Assembly: GCA_964463055.1 (NCBI GenBank)
Contig: CAYXAX010000003.1
Coordinates: 1-44,134 of the forward strand
DNA from: an uncultured Gammaproteobacteria bacterium
Lineage (GTDB): Bacteria; Pseudomonadota; Gammaproteobacteria; CAWJPQ01
DNA length: 44,134 bases
Reading direction: 5' to 3'
This document shows, one piece after another, positions 17,942 to 27,341 of this stretch. The first letter of the stretch is position 1, and every line of letters begins with the position of its first letter. The notes below the pieces were generated by a model. That model did no database searches, was not told the DNA's origin, and saw nothing but the letters and a program-made list of their open reading frames with translations. The position numbers and the translations under genes are program-made.

Positions 17942-19162
17942 ATGGCTGAGCATGCAAGCAAAGACCTGATGTTTATCTGGGAAGGCACGGATAAACGCGG
18001 CGTACGCATCAAGGGCGAATCAAAAGGCGTCAGCATCGCCCTGATCAAGGCCGATCTGCGCCGCCAGGGCATCAACCCGCTCAAGGTCAAGAAAAAACCC
18101 ACGCCGTTATTCGGCAAAAAGAAAAAGAAGATCACACCCAAGGAAATCGCCGTGTTCAGCCGTCAGCTTGCCACCATGATGGCCTCCGGCGTCCCCCTGG
18201 TACAATCGTTTGAAATTGTCGGGCGCGGGCACGAAAACCCCAGCATGCAGGAACTGATCATGGCCATCAAGGGGGATGTGGAATCCGGCGGCACCCTCGC
18301 CGAGGCCCTGGCCAAACACCCGCGCCATTTCGATGCCCTCACTTGCAACCTGGTCCACGCAGGCGAACAGGCGGGCATCCTGGAGACCCTGCTGAACAAG
18401 ATCGCCACGTATAAGGAAAAAGTCGAGGGCATCAAGGGCAAGATCAAAAAGGCTATGTTTTATCCCGTCGCCATTGTCATCGTGGCGTTTGTCGTCACCG
18501 GCATTCTGCTGTACTTCGTGGTGCCACAGTTTCAATCCCTGTTCCAGGGTTTCGGCGCCGACCTCCCGGCGCTGACCCAGTTGGTGGTCAATCTGTCTAA
18601 TGTCGTACAGGCGTGGTGGTGGGCGATTCTGCTGGGCGTCGCTGCCACCGTGTACGGGCTCCTCGAGGCAAAACGGCGCATCCCGGCCGTGCAGAATTTT
18701 ATCGACCGCGCCATCCTCAAGTTTCCGGTCATCGGCGTGATCATCACCAAGGCCATCATTGCGCGCTTCGCCCGCACCCTTTCCACCATGTTCGCCGCTG
18801 GCGTGCCCCTGGTGGAGGCCATGGATACCGTGGCGGGCACGGCGGGCAATGTGGTCTACCGCGATGCTATCATGCGTATACGTGATGACGTGACCACCGG
18901 CGTCATGCTGAACTTCTCCATGCGCCAAGTGGGCGTCTTCCCCAACATGGTGGTACAGATGGTGGCCATCGGCGAAGAGGCAGGCTCCATTGACAGCATG
19001 CTGAGCAAGGTGGCCGATTTTTACGAGGAGGAGGTGGACGACGCGGTGGACGGCCTGAGCAGCCTGCTGGAACCAATAATCATGGCCTTTCTCGGCGTGA
19101 TCATCGGCGGGCTGGTCATCGCCATGTACCTGCCCATCTTCAAAATGGGCGAGGCGGTATAA
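17942..19162 (+). CDS. pilC: Type IV pilus platform protein PilC
   Basis: 406 aa with the duplicated GspF-type domain and three hydrophobic segments. Located between pilB and pilD. Confidence 0.9.
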   Translation: MAEHASKDLMFIWEGTDKRGVRIKGESKGVSIALIKADLRRQGINPLKVKKKPTPLFGKKKKKITPKEIAVFSRQLATMMASGVPLVQSFEIVGRGHENPSMQELIMAIKGDVESGGTLAEALAKHPRHFDALTCNLVHAGEQAGILETLLNKIATYKEKVEGIKGKIKKAMFYPVAIVIVAFVVTGILLYFVVPQFQSLFQGFGADLPALTQLVVNLSNVVQAWWWAILLGVAATVYGLLEAKRRIPAVQNFIDRAILKFPVIGVIITKAIIARFARTLSTMFAAGVPLVEAMDTVAGTAGNVVYRDAIMRIRDDVTTGVMLNFSMRQVGVFPNMVVQMVAIGEEAGSIDSMLSKVADFYEEEVDDAVDGLSSLLEPIIMAFLGVIIGGLVIAMYLPIFKMGEAV

Positions 19163-19217
19163 CACTCGCGCCCGGTACGCCGGGACTTAAGGGCGACGAC
19201 GCCACCGGACACCAAGG

Positions 19218-20108
19218 ATGACTGTTATCGCCGCGCTGCAACACTTTGCCGCCTTCTATATCCCCGCGGCAGGGGTCCTCGGCCTGATCGTCGGCAGTTT
19301 TCTCAATGTGGTCATCCACCGGCTGCCGATCATGATGGAACGCCAGTGGCGTCGCCAATGCCAGGAGTCCATGGCCGGAGATACCGAGAGCCTCCCCCAG
19401 CACCCCGTGGAGGAAGCGCGCTATGACCTGATCAGTCCAGGTTCGCGCTGCCCGCACTGCGGTCATCATATCCGCGCGCTGGAGAATATCCCGGTCATCA
19501 GCTACCTGGCGCTGCGGGGACGCTGTGCGTCATGCAAGGCCCCGATCTCGCCCCGCTACCCCCTCATCGAACTCACCTCAGCCATGTTATCCATGGCAGT
19601 GGTATGGCAGTTGGGATTTACGCCGGCAGCGGGCACGGCGCTGGTACTGACCTGGGCACTGCTGAGCCTGAGCGCCATCGATATAGACCATCAGATACTG
19701 CCCGACGTGATCACCCTGCCGCTGCTGTGGGTCGGACTGATACTGAACCTGTACGGCTTATTCACGGATATCCATGCAAGCGTCATCGGCGCCGTGGCCG
19801 GCTATCTATCACTGTGGACCGTCTATCAGGCATTCAAATGGTTCACCGGCAAAGAAGGCATGGGCTACGGCGACTTCAAACTCCTGGCCATGCTCGGCGC
19901 GTGGCTCGGTTGGCAGGCCCTGCCGGTGATCATCCTGCTGTCCTCAGTGGTGGGGGCGGCAGTGGGCATTGCCCTCATCGCGGCACGGCGTCAGGACAAG
20001 AATATCCCCATCCCCTTCGGCCCGTACCTGGCCGCGGCGGGGTGGTTGACCCTGCTGTGGGGTAAGGACATGACCACCTACTACTTCTCCGTCATGGGGC
20101 TGGGTTAA
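19218..20108 (+). CDS. pilD: Prepilin peptidase / N-methyltransferase PilD (A24 family)
   Basis: Motifs CPHCGH...CASCK, GYGDFKLLA and multiple TM helices. Confidence 0.9.
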   Translation: MTVIAALQHFAAFYIPAAGVLGLIVGSFLNVVIHRLPIMMERQWRRQCQESMAGDTESLPQHPVEEARYDLISPGSRCPHCGHHIRALENIPVISYLALRGRCASCKAPISPRYPLIELTSAMLSMAVVWQLGFTPAAGTALVLTWALLSLSAIDIDHQILPDVITLPLLWVGLILNLYGLFTDIHASVIGAVAGYLSLWTVYQAFKWFTGKEGMGYGDFKLLAMLGAWLGWQALPVIILLSSVVGAAVGIALIAARRQDKNIPIPFGPYLAAAGWLTLLWGKDMTTYYFSVMGLG

Positions 20109-20186
20109 CCCCGCCGGCACTGGCGGTCATCGCGCTCACCGAACCGGGCGATTCTTTTCCGCCTCGGGATTCTGTATCTTGTCAGC

Positions 20187-20795
20187 ATGCTAATTGTAGG
20201 ATTGACAGGGGGAATCGGCAGCGGCAAAAGCACCGCTGCCCACTGTTTCGGTGAACTCGGCGTCCCGGTGGTAGACGCCGATATCATCGCCCGCGAGGTG
20301 GTCGCCCCGGGACAACCGGCGCTGGAGGAGATAGCGCGCACCTTCGGGCCGACTGTCATCGATGAACAGGGACATCTCAGGCGCGACCGGCTGCGCCAGA
20401 TGGTCTTTGCCGATCCTGCCCGCCGCCATCAGCTGGAGCTGATCCTGCACCCGCGCATCCGCGACGTCATGGCGCAGCGCCTGGCCCGACTCAGCGCCCC
20501 CTACTGCATCACCTCCATCCCGCTCCTGGTGGAGACGGGCCAGCAGGATACAGTGCACCGCGTCTTGGTCATCGACGCACCCGAGGCACTACAATATCAG
20601 CGTATACGCCAACGGGACGGATCCAGCGATGCCCAAATCGGCGCCATTATTTCCAGCCAGGCCGGCCGCGATGAACGCCTCGCCGTGGCGGATGATATCA
20701 TTGTCAACGACGCAGGCCTGGACGACCTGAAACAGGCGGTGTTGCGGCTGCATCGACGCTATAGCGAACTCGCCGCCCATGAATCCTACAAATGA
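20187..20795 (+). CDS. coaE: Dephospho-CoA kinase
   Basis: P-loop GLTGGIGSGKST, about 200 aa, and the conserved pilD-coaE synteny. Confidence 0.88.
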   Translation: MLIVGLTGGIGSGKSTAAHCFGELGVPVVDADIIAREVVAPGQPALEEIARTFGPTVIDEQGHLRRDRLRQMVFADPARRHQLELILHPRIRDVMAQRLARLSAPYCITSIPLLVETGQQDTVHRVLVIDAPEALQYQRIRQRDGSSDAQIGAIISSQAGRDERLAVADDIIVNDAGLDDLKQAVLRLHRRYSELAAHESYK

Positions 20796-20815
20796 GATTT
20801 GCCATCTACCGATAG

Positions 20816-21667
20816 GTGGTGGAGAATGAAACCGAAACTCGCACCCGCCACCTGGCGGGACCGTTGATCAAAGCAAACCTCACTGTCGCTGATTCAACCG
20901 TGCACGGCAAAATCACCTACGAACAGCCCCTCAACGAGAGGATTCGTACCTTCCTGCGCCTGGAGTTCCTGTTCAAACAGGTCAAACACCACCTCCACGG
21001 CCGTACCCCGTGGGACAGCCGCGCCGCCCTGGGCAGCCTGTTGGACATCCTCAACATCTTCACCCGCGCCGATCTGAAAACAGAGGTCATGAAGGAACTG
21101 GAGCGTCAGATCGCATCCATGTCCCGCCTGGAGCAGGCCCCCAACATCGACCACTCGCGCCTCAATGAGATACTGGATCACATGGACGTACTGGTGGACC
21201 GCCTGCATGCCATACAGGGTCAGGTGGGGCAACAGCTCAAACAGAATGAGTTCCTCACCAGCATCCGCCAGCGCAGCAGCATTCCCGGCGGCACCTGCGA
21301 TTTCGATCTGCCCGCCTACCACTACTGGCTGCAGCAACCCGCCGAGGTGCGCCTGCAAGAGCTGGAGCAGTGGCTCAATGAGTTCGAGGCCATGCAGTCG
21401 TCCATCGGCATGATCCTGCACCTGGTCAGGGAAAGCAGCGTACCCATCCAGGAAGTGGCCCATAGCGGCTTCTTTCAGCAATCCCTGGACACCGCCATCC
21501 CCTATCAGCTGATCCGCGTCACCGTGGACCGGGAAATCAATTATTACGCCGAGATCAGCGGCGGCAAACACCGCTTCACGGTTCGCTTCATGGAGCAGCG
21601 CTCCGACGACCGCGCCGTGCAGGCCGAGCAGGATATCCCCTTTGAACTAACCTGCTGCGCGCTATGA
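20816..21667 (+). CDS. zapD: Cell division protein ZapD
   Basis: YEQPLNERIRTFLRLEFLF matches the ZapD N-terminal signature. The start is uncertain: GTG at 20816, or in-frame GTG at 20900, which would give a canonical N-terminus. Confidence 0.75.
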   Translation: MVENETETRTRHLAGPLIKANLTVADSTVHGKITYEQPLNERIRTFLRLEFLFKQVKHHLHGRTPWDSRAALGSLLDILNIFTRADLKTEVMKELERQIASMSRLEQAPNIDHSRLNEILDHMDVLVDRLHAIQGQVGQQLKQNEFLTSIRQRSSIPGGTCDFDLPAYHYWLQQPAEVRLQELEQWLNEFEAMQSSIGMILHLVRESSVPIQEVAHSGFFQQSLDTAIPYQLIRVTVDREINYYAEISGGKHRFTVRFMEQRSDDRAVQAEQDIPFELTCCAL

Positions 21668-21864
21668 CCAAACATGTGCCCTGCCCGACCTGTGGTAAAA
21701 CCGCTGCCTGGTCCGTGCAGAACCGTTGGCGCCCGTTCTGCAGTGAACGCTGCCGGCTCATCGACCTTGGGGCCTGGTTCGAGGGCAACTACAGAGTCCC
21801 CGCCGATGATCAGACGCCCGCCCAGGACGGCGACCGCGAGCGCCCCGCACAGGAGGGTGACTGA
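21664..21864 (+). CDS. yacG: DNA gyrase inhibitor YacG (zinc finger)
   Basis: CPTCGK...RPFCSERCRLIDLGAW, 66 aa, with ATGA overlap to zapD. Confidence 0.85.
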   Translation: MTKHVPCPTCGKTAAWSVQNRWRPFCSERCRLIDLGAWFEGNYRVPADDQTPAQDGDRERPAQEGD

Positions 21865-22881
21865 CTAATCCGGGTCGATTACCCGCGCATGAGTATTCCA
21901 CAGTGAGGAGATTGCAGCGATGCCCTGCGCCCCATGACGGAACGCCATGTCCCTGTCTCCCACAGACACCCCCCCCAAGGCGTATACCGGCACGGTAGCC
22001 GCCTCGGTGAGCACCTGCAATCCCTCCCATCCCAGCGTCGGCGCCCCAGGATGACTGGCGGTGGTCAGTACCGGCCCTGCCACGATGAAATCCACCCCGA
22101 TAGCGCATGCGTGAGCCACTTCTTCCCCGGTATGGCATGAAGCCGCCACCCACAACCCAGCGTCCAGGGGGCGGCGGGTCAGCTCCATGAGTCGCCGGGT
22201 GGTCAGGTGCACACCGGCGGCACCCGCCGGCGCAACCCACTGCGGGGGTGCATTGAGCAGCAGCCAGGCCTGGTAGGCGCGGCACAGGGTCGCGGCACGG
22301 CCTGCGGCGGCACGGTAGACCGCCTCATCCAGGGTCTTGGCGCGAAACTGCACCAGGCGTACGCCGGCCGCCAGAACCTGTTCCAATTGATACAGGAATG
22401 CATCCACACCGGCGCGGGGTTCATCGCTGATGGCATACACAGACGGCAGCCTCACGGCGTGGATGATGGGTCGGTTGGCTGCCGGAAAGTCCTCCACCTG
22501 AAGATCCTCCGCGGCTACCCACTTGACCGCCTGACCCTCCCGCCCCCACGGGGTACCGGCGAAATCGCGGCTTTTCCACACATCCAGCAAGACCGTGCGG
22601 TCTGTATAGGCGTAGGGTATACGGATCAACGGTCGAGCAGCCCGCAACTCAATATCGAGCTCTTCCCGGAGTTCGCGGCGCAAGCCCGCCTGGATATCCT
22701 CCCCCGGCTGGATCTTGCCGCCCGGAAACTCCCATAGCCCCCCTTGGTGGGCATGCGCAGGCCGCCGGGCGATCAATACCCGGCCACGCCCGTCACGCAG
22801 CACCCCCACTGCCACATGGAGAACTGGGTCACATTTCACGGCTTCGATTCCAGTGCCATATCGACCTGATATGCCCATCAA
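21865..22881 (-). CDS. Nudix (MutT-like) hydrolase fused to a ThiE/TenI-like domain
   Basis: Nudix box GGLWEFPGGKIQPGEDIQAGLRRELREELDI in the N-terminal half. The C-terminal half resembles the thiamine-phosphate synthase TIM barrel (...PVYALGGVS...). The start may be internal to the ORF-track start. Confidence 0.75.
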   Translation of the reverse strand: MMGISGRYGTGIEAVKCDPVLHVAVGVLRDGRGRVLIARRPAHAHQGGLWEFPGGKIQPGEDIQAGLRRELREELDIELRAARPLIRIPYAYTDRTVLLDVWKSRDFAGTPWGREGQAVKWVAAEDLQVEDFPAANRPIIHAVRLPSVYAISDEPRAGVDAFLYQLEQVLAAGVRLVQFRAKTLDEAVYRAAAGRAATLCRAYQAWLLLNAPPQWVAPAGAAGVHLTTRRLMELTRRPLDAGLWVAASCHTGEEVAHACAIGVDFIVAGPVLTTASHPGAPTLGWEGLQVLTEAATVPVYALGGVSVGDRDMAFRHGAQGIAAISSLWNTHARVIDPD

Positions 22882-23018
22882 GGCTCAATGTGGATTTTTG
22901 CGGCCATTGTCACAATACCAGTGCAACCGCCCGCACAGTCTGTGAGCCCCAAAGTGATATCGTTACACGTGTTCTCTACTAGTGTTACCGACCAACTAAC
23001 CCTACGGAGACATCCGAC

Positions 23019-23165
23019 ATGATCAGACTTACTGTGATTGCGTTGGGCATTATCATGGTGTTCGATTTTAGCGCCATCAGCTCACTCGCACATTACCGTG
23101 ATTATCTGCTGGCCGGACTTGCGGCGCTGTTGATTCAGCCGTGGGTGGCCAGGCAGTTGGATTGA
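23019..23165 (+). CDS. Candidate 48-aa small membrane protein (below the ORF-track cutoff)
   Basis: ATG at 23019 preceded by GGAGA. Translation is MIRLTVIALGIIMVFDFSAISSLAHYRDYLLAGLAALLIQPWVARQLD, with two hydrophobic stretches. A strong hairpin follows at 23225-23260. Confidence 0.35.
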   Translation: MIRLTVIALGIIMVFDFSAISSLAHYRDYLLAGLAALLIQPWVARQLD

Positions 23166-23224
23166 TGGAGTAGCGACCCATCAGCTCGATTGCTGTTAAC
23201 AGTTAATCCATCTCGTCAAACAAC

Positions 23225-23260
23225 CACCGCGGGGGCGGACGAAAGTCCGCCCCCGCGGTG
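23225..23260. terminator. Perfect 16-bp GC-rich hairpin between convergent small ORFs (possible bidirectional terminator)
   Basis: CACCGCGGGGGCGGAC-GAAA-GTCCGCCCCCGCGGTG. There is no long T-run on either side. Confidence 0.55.
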
Positions 23261-23292
23261 CATTTCGGCACCTGTTAATGGGCGGGTGCAAC

Positions 23293-23634
23293 TCAGGCGT
23301 AGATATCGATCAGGTGTTGGGAGGGTTGCAGGTGGGCCTGGGCATGGTATTGGTATACAGAAATGGCGCGTTGGACCGACGAATTGCCGGGGGCCCAACT
23401 CTCTCCAGGGTAGATATCCCCCTGGGCATAATGGCCGACACCCTGATGAGAGGCCTGCCCCCTGGCCTTGAGCAACTCCCCTTCGATACCGTGCTCCAAT
23501 GGCACGTTACTTGCTAGTTTTCCCGGGCGGGATCCGACATAGCCGACTGTCGTCGGCCTGTCCGGCAGCTGCTGACGAGCAAGCAACGCCGTGCCGCCAA
23601 CCTGGTACAGGATGGGAGAGTGCGTGACATTCAT
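23293..23634 (-). CDS. Hypothetical protein, 113 aa, no family recognised
   Basis: Longest ORF in the interval, with codon third positions reasonably GC-biased by eye. No signal peptide and no Cys. It competes with plus-strand ORFs at 23190-23471 and 23278-23517. Confidence 0.35.
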   Translation of the reverse strand: MNVTHSPILYQVGGTALLARQQLPDRPTTVGYVGSRPGKLASNVPLEHGIEGELLKARGQASHQGVGHYAQGDIYPGESWAPGNSSVQRAISVYQYHAQAHLQPSQHLIDIYA

Positions 23635-23802
23635 GACTCCGGTCCCTCGGGGTTTCGTATCGTATTCTCCATAGTTGTGCCGCTACGCCAGCGGCGTGTC
23701 ACGAACAGCGCACGCCCGCAGCCTGATTAATACTCGTTGACGACAGACACCGCCGGCCGATCAGCCTAACCCTGGCCAACCCGGGTCGGGGTGTACCCAC
23801 TG

Positions 23803-24369
23803 CTAGAAATGTATTTGTATCCCAATATGGGCCCTGGAATCAACTGTTGCGCCGGCGCGGCCGCGGAGATCGATACGCAGCCTGCGGTACCCCACGTAGA
23901 CATACGACTCGGGCAGGACCTCATATTCCACCCGCACCTCGCCCTGGAAGAAACTGGTGGCATCAACGAAGGTCACGATGTCGGGGGCATAATAGATATC
24001 CCCGAGAATGCCCAGGCGCGGCAATGGAGGCGGCGAATAGCGCGCCAAGCCGTTCAGGGTCAGCGCGATGACGCCACGACTGTCCACATCGCCGCCAAAG
24101 ACCTTGGCACCGACCCCCACGTCCAACCCCGGCGATCCTGTTCCGGCGGCGCCTGATACGCGCGCGCCGGCGCCGAGTACATAGTCACCACTGGAGTTGA
24201 ACAATGCACTGGCGTTCAACTTGCCCTTGTTGAAATGGGTGGTCCCCTTGACCGGGGTGCTGTATTGAAACTGCACCACATGGCCGTTGAGATTGATATC
24301 CAGATCCTGGCCCATGGCGCTTTGCATGATGCAAAGTGACACAGCAACACCGATAAGTCGCCGATACAA
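23803..24369 (-). CDS. YfaZ-family-like small outer-membrane beta-barrel protein
   Basis: Signal peptide MYRRLIGVAVSLCIMQSAMG|QDL, alternating beta-strand pattern, Gly-rich loops and a C-terminal aromatic (..IGIQIHF). The DLDINLNGHVVQFQY start recalls YfaZ proteins. Confidence 0.55.
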   Translation of the reverse strand: MYRRLIGVAVSLCIMQSAMGQDLDINLNGHVVQFQYSTPVKGTTHFNKGKLNASALFNSSGDYVLGAGARVSGAAGTGSPGLDVGVGAKVFGGDVDSRGVIALTLNGLARYSPPPLPRLGILGDIYYAPDIVTFVDATSFFQGEVRVEYEVLPESYVYVGYRRLRIDLRGRAGATVDSRAHIGIQIHF

Positions 24370-24506
24370 TGCCTTGCTCCCTAGATCTTCACGTGTATCG
24401 TTTCACTGCATCGCCCGGCCGCGGATCATAAAGACGCAACGTCCGGGTATGTGCCTATAATCCGAAGGACAAGACTTTACCACAGTCGCCCCAATACATA
24501 AAAACA

Positions 24507-25202
24507 TCACACCGCACGCGCGCATACCCAAACATCAACGCGATCGGCGCCGCCGCGGCGCAACAGCCCGGCAATCTCTGATACAGTGCTGCCCGTGGTC
24601 ATCACATCATCCACGACGGCCACATGGCGGCACTGCGGTGACCGCACCAATTCAAATGCCCCTTTAACGTTACGCCGCCGCAACCTTGCATCCAGAGACA
24701 CCTGCGAGGGCGTCGCCCGCGTGCGCACGCAAGTGCGGTAATCGATGTCCACACTCAACTCCGCGGCCACGGAGCGGGCGATTTCCAGGGCCTGATTATA
24801 GCCACGCTGGCGCAAGCGCGCGCTGTGCAGCGGCACCGGGATGATGACATCGGGGGTCTCGGCCTGAACATTCATAAGAAAGTCCGCCAGCAGATCACCC
24901 AACAGGCGGGCATAGCCCAGGCGCTGAGTGAACTTCATCCCGTGAATCAGAAAATCCACCGGCGCCAGGAAGGGAAACGCGGCGCGGGCGTGATGGTAAG
25001 GCGGCGGATTGCGCTGGCAGCGTCCACACACGCCTTGCGCGGCCAGGGGCGTCGCGCACTGCTTACAACACGCCGCGGTGCGAGGCAGATCGGCACGGCA
25101 CGGGGTGCACAGTGCCTCCGCGCCGTGGGTTGAGGTGCCGCACAACACGCACTGACCGGTATGCCAAACCGCCAGCTGGCGGCGCAGTCCATCCATGATC
25201 AT
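24507..25202 (-). CDS. comF: ComF family protein (phosphoribosyltransferase domain)
   Basis: N-terminal Cys pairs CVLCG...CTPC and CKQC...CGRC. C-terminal PRTase motif VAVVDDVMTTGST. Confidence 0.8.
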   Translation of the reverse strand: MIMDGLRRQLAVWHTGQCVLCGTSTHGAEALCTPCRADLPRTAACCKQCATPLAAQGVCGRCQRNPPPYHHARAAFPFLAPVDFLIHGMKFTQRLGYARLLGDLLADFLMNVQAETPDVIIPVPLHSARLRQRGYNQALEIARSVAAELSVDIDYRTCVRTRATPSQVSLDARLRRRNVKGAFELVRSPQCRHVAVVDDVMTTGSTVSEIAGLLRRGGADRVDVWVCARAV

Positions 25203-25428
25203 TTACGGCTCTCCCTGAGCCTGTCGCCTCACACATGACTATAACGGGATTTTCACCGCCCGCAACCCGGGATTGCACATACATCGCCGCAGCGAATCAA
25301 TTTGCCGGCTGACAGGGTATAATCGGCGTGGCACTATGTGTAACGAATCCGTGCACAGACACTCCTTTTTTTCTTGCCCCGCTATCGGCCTCACCAACCC
25401 ATAAGGGCGCACGGCGAGAGTTGCCGGC

Positions 25429-26577
25429 ATGAAACCGCTGACAGAATTCCTGGCACAACAACGCACCTCGTCCCTGTACCGGGAGCGCGGCATCGTGGAA
25501 GGCCCGCAAGGTGTCGAGATCACCCTGGACGGCCGCCCGGTGGTGTCATTCTGCAGCAACGACTACCTGGGCCTGGCCAATCACCCCGAGGTGGTGGCCG
25601 CGTTGCAGGAAGGTGCGCGCCTGTACGGCGTCGGCAGCGGCGCCGCCCATTTGATCAGCGGCCACAGCGAGGCCCACCATCGTCTGGAGCAGGAACTGGC
25701 GGACTTCGTCGGCCGTCCCCGGGCGCTGCTGTTTTCCACCGGTTATATGGCCAACCTGGGCGTACTGTCGGCGCTGATGGGGCGCGGCGACTCGATATTC
25801 GAAGACCGGCTCAATCACGCCTCACTGGTGGACGGCGCGCGGCTCAGCCAGGCGCGCCTGCGCCGCTACCCCCACCACGACATGGAGACCCTGGACACCT
25901 GGCTGTCCCGCCCTCGGGACGGGGACGCTCTGATTGCCAGTGACGGCGTGTTCAGCATGGACGGGGACCTGGCACCCGCGCGTCCCCTCACGGAGCTGGC
26001 GCGGCGATACCGGACATGGCTGTTGATCGACGATGCCCACGGCCTGGGCGTCATCGGCCCCGGCGGCCGCGGCTCCGTGGGACAGGGCGCTTGCCCACAC
26101 GATGACAGCCTTATCCTCATGGGCACCCTGGGCAAGGCGTTTGGCACCTTCGGTGCCTTCGTGGCGGGCGGCGAAGACCTGATCGAATACCTGATTCAGC
26201 GGGCGCCCACCTATATCTATACCACCGCCCTGCCCCCGGCCGTGGCCCATGCCACCCGCACCAGCCTGAGGCTGATACGGGAAGAAGACTGGCGCCGCTC
26301 CCACCTGCACCAACTCATCACCCGGCTGCGCCACGGCCTGGCGCGGTTCAATCTTCCACTCCCCGCCGCCCACACCCCCATTCAACCCCTGGTGGTGGGT
26401 GATCCGGAGCGCGCCCTGAACATCAGTCGCGCACTACTGCAGCGCGGTCTGTTGATACCGGCCATACGCCCCCCCACCGTTCCCAAGGGCGGCGCGCGCC
26501 TGCGCATCACACTGTCCGCAGGCCATGAAGCGGCCCACGTCGATCGCCTTTTAGAGGAGTTGGGGCGGCTGTTATGA
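25429..26577 (+). CDS. bioF: 8-amino-7-oxononanoate synthase
   Basis: 382 aa PLP-dependent acyl-CoA transferase with PLP-Lys context GTLGKAFG. It heads a bioF-H-C-D run. Confidence 0.88.
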   Translation: MKPLTEFLAQQRTSSLYRERGIVEGPQGVEITLDGRPVVSFCSNDYLGLANHPEVVAALQEGARLYGVGSGAAHLISGHSEAHHRLEQELADFVGRPRALLFSTGYMANLGVLSALMGRGDSIFEDRLNHASLVDGARLSQARLRRYPHHDMETLDTWLSRPRDGDALIASDGVFSMDGDLAPARPLTELARRYRTWLLIDDAHGLGVIGPGGRGSVGQGACPHDDSLILMGTLGKAFGTFGAFVAGGEDLIEYLIQRAPTYIYTTALPPAVAHATRTSLRLIREEDWRRSHLHQLITRLRHGLARFNLPLPAAHTPIQPLVVGDPERALNISRALLQRGLLIPAIRPPTVPKGGARLRITLSAGHEAAHVDRLLEELGRLL

Positions 26578-27341
26578 CATTGTGCAGCCACACCCAGGGC
26601 GATGGCCGGGACATCGTACTGATCCACGGCTGGGGTCTGCACAGCGGTATCTTCGACGACCTGGCCCATGCCCTGGAGCAGCGCTATCGGGTCACCCGGG
26701 TGGACCTGCCCGGCCACGGCTGCAGCCACGGCATCGACTTTCCCACTGACCCGGCGCGCCTGGCCGCTGACATCACCGCCGCAGTCCCGGCCAACGCCCA
26801 TTGGCTGGGCTGGTCACTGGGCGGACTGGCGGCGCTGCAGCATGCTGTGGATCACCCCGGCTCGCCGCGTTCCCTGATCCTGGTAACGGCCACGCCGCGC
26901 TTCGTCGCTGACACCGACTGGCCGGGCATGGACGCCCAGACCCTGGCGTCGTTCGCCGCCGGCCTGAGCAGCGACTATATGGGAACCCTGCAGCGCTTTC
27001 TTGCCCTGCAGGTCCACGGCGTCGCCAACCGCACCATACTGCTGCGCCGGCTCACCGACCAGTTGCTGCGCTGCCCCACGCCATCCCCAGCTGTCCTGGC
27101 AGCGGGATTGTCGACGCTGGCCGAGACCGACCTGCGAGCGCGGCTTGAACGGGTGACGGCGCCGACGCTGTTGCTCTACGGCGAACGCGACCGTATCGTA
27201 CCTGCCGCGGCCGCTGACGCAACGGCTCACTATCTGCGCGGGTCGCGGTTACACTGTTTCCCCCGGGCTGGACATGCGCCGTTTCTCTCCCACCCGGATG
27301 AATTCGTCTCCGTATTGGATGCATGGCTGGATGAGCACTGA
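26574..27341 (+). CDS. bioH: Pimeloyl-ACP methyl ester esterase BioH
   Basis: Alpha/beta hydrolase with IHGWG and the GWSLGG nucleophile elbow. ATGA overlap with bioF. Confidence 0.85.
   Translation: MTLCSHTQGDGRDIVLIHGWGLHSGIFDDLAHALEQRYRVTRVDLPGHGCSHGIDFPTDPARLAADITAAVPANAHWLGWSLGGLAALQHAVDHPGSPRSLILVTATPRFVADTDWPGMDAQTLASFAAGLSSDYMGTLQRFLALQVHGVANRTILLRRLTDQLLRCPTPSPAVLAAGLSTLAETDLRARLERVTAPTLLLYGERDRIVPAAAADATAHYLRGSRLHCFPRAGHAPFLSHPDEFVSVLDAWLDEH

Noticed and set aside
20816-20902. 28-aa N-terminal extension on ZapD
   Set aside because: It is most likely a start-codon ambiguity, since an in-frame GTG at 20900 gives the canonical N-terminus.
21865-22881. Nudix-ThiE-like fusion as a novel architecture
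   Set aside because: I recall the same fusion, in the same position after yacG, from Pseudomonas genomes. It is conserved housekeeping rather than novel.
25337-25357. TGTG-N13-CACA inverted repeat downstream of the bioF -10 element as a possible BirA or other operator
   Set aside because: Only the outer 4 bp of each arm pair. The spacing fits neither CRP nor the E. coli bioO pattern I remember.
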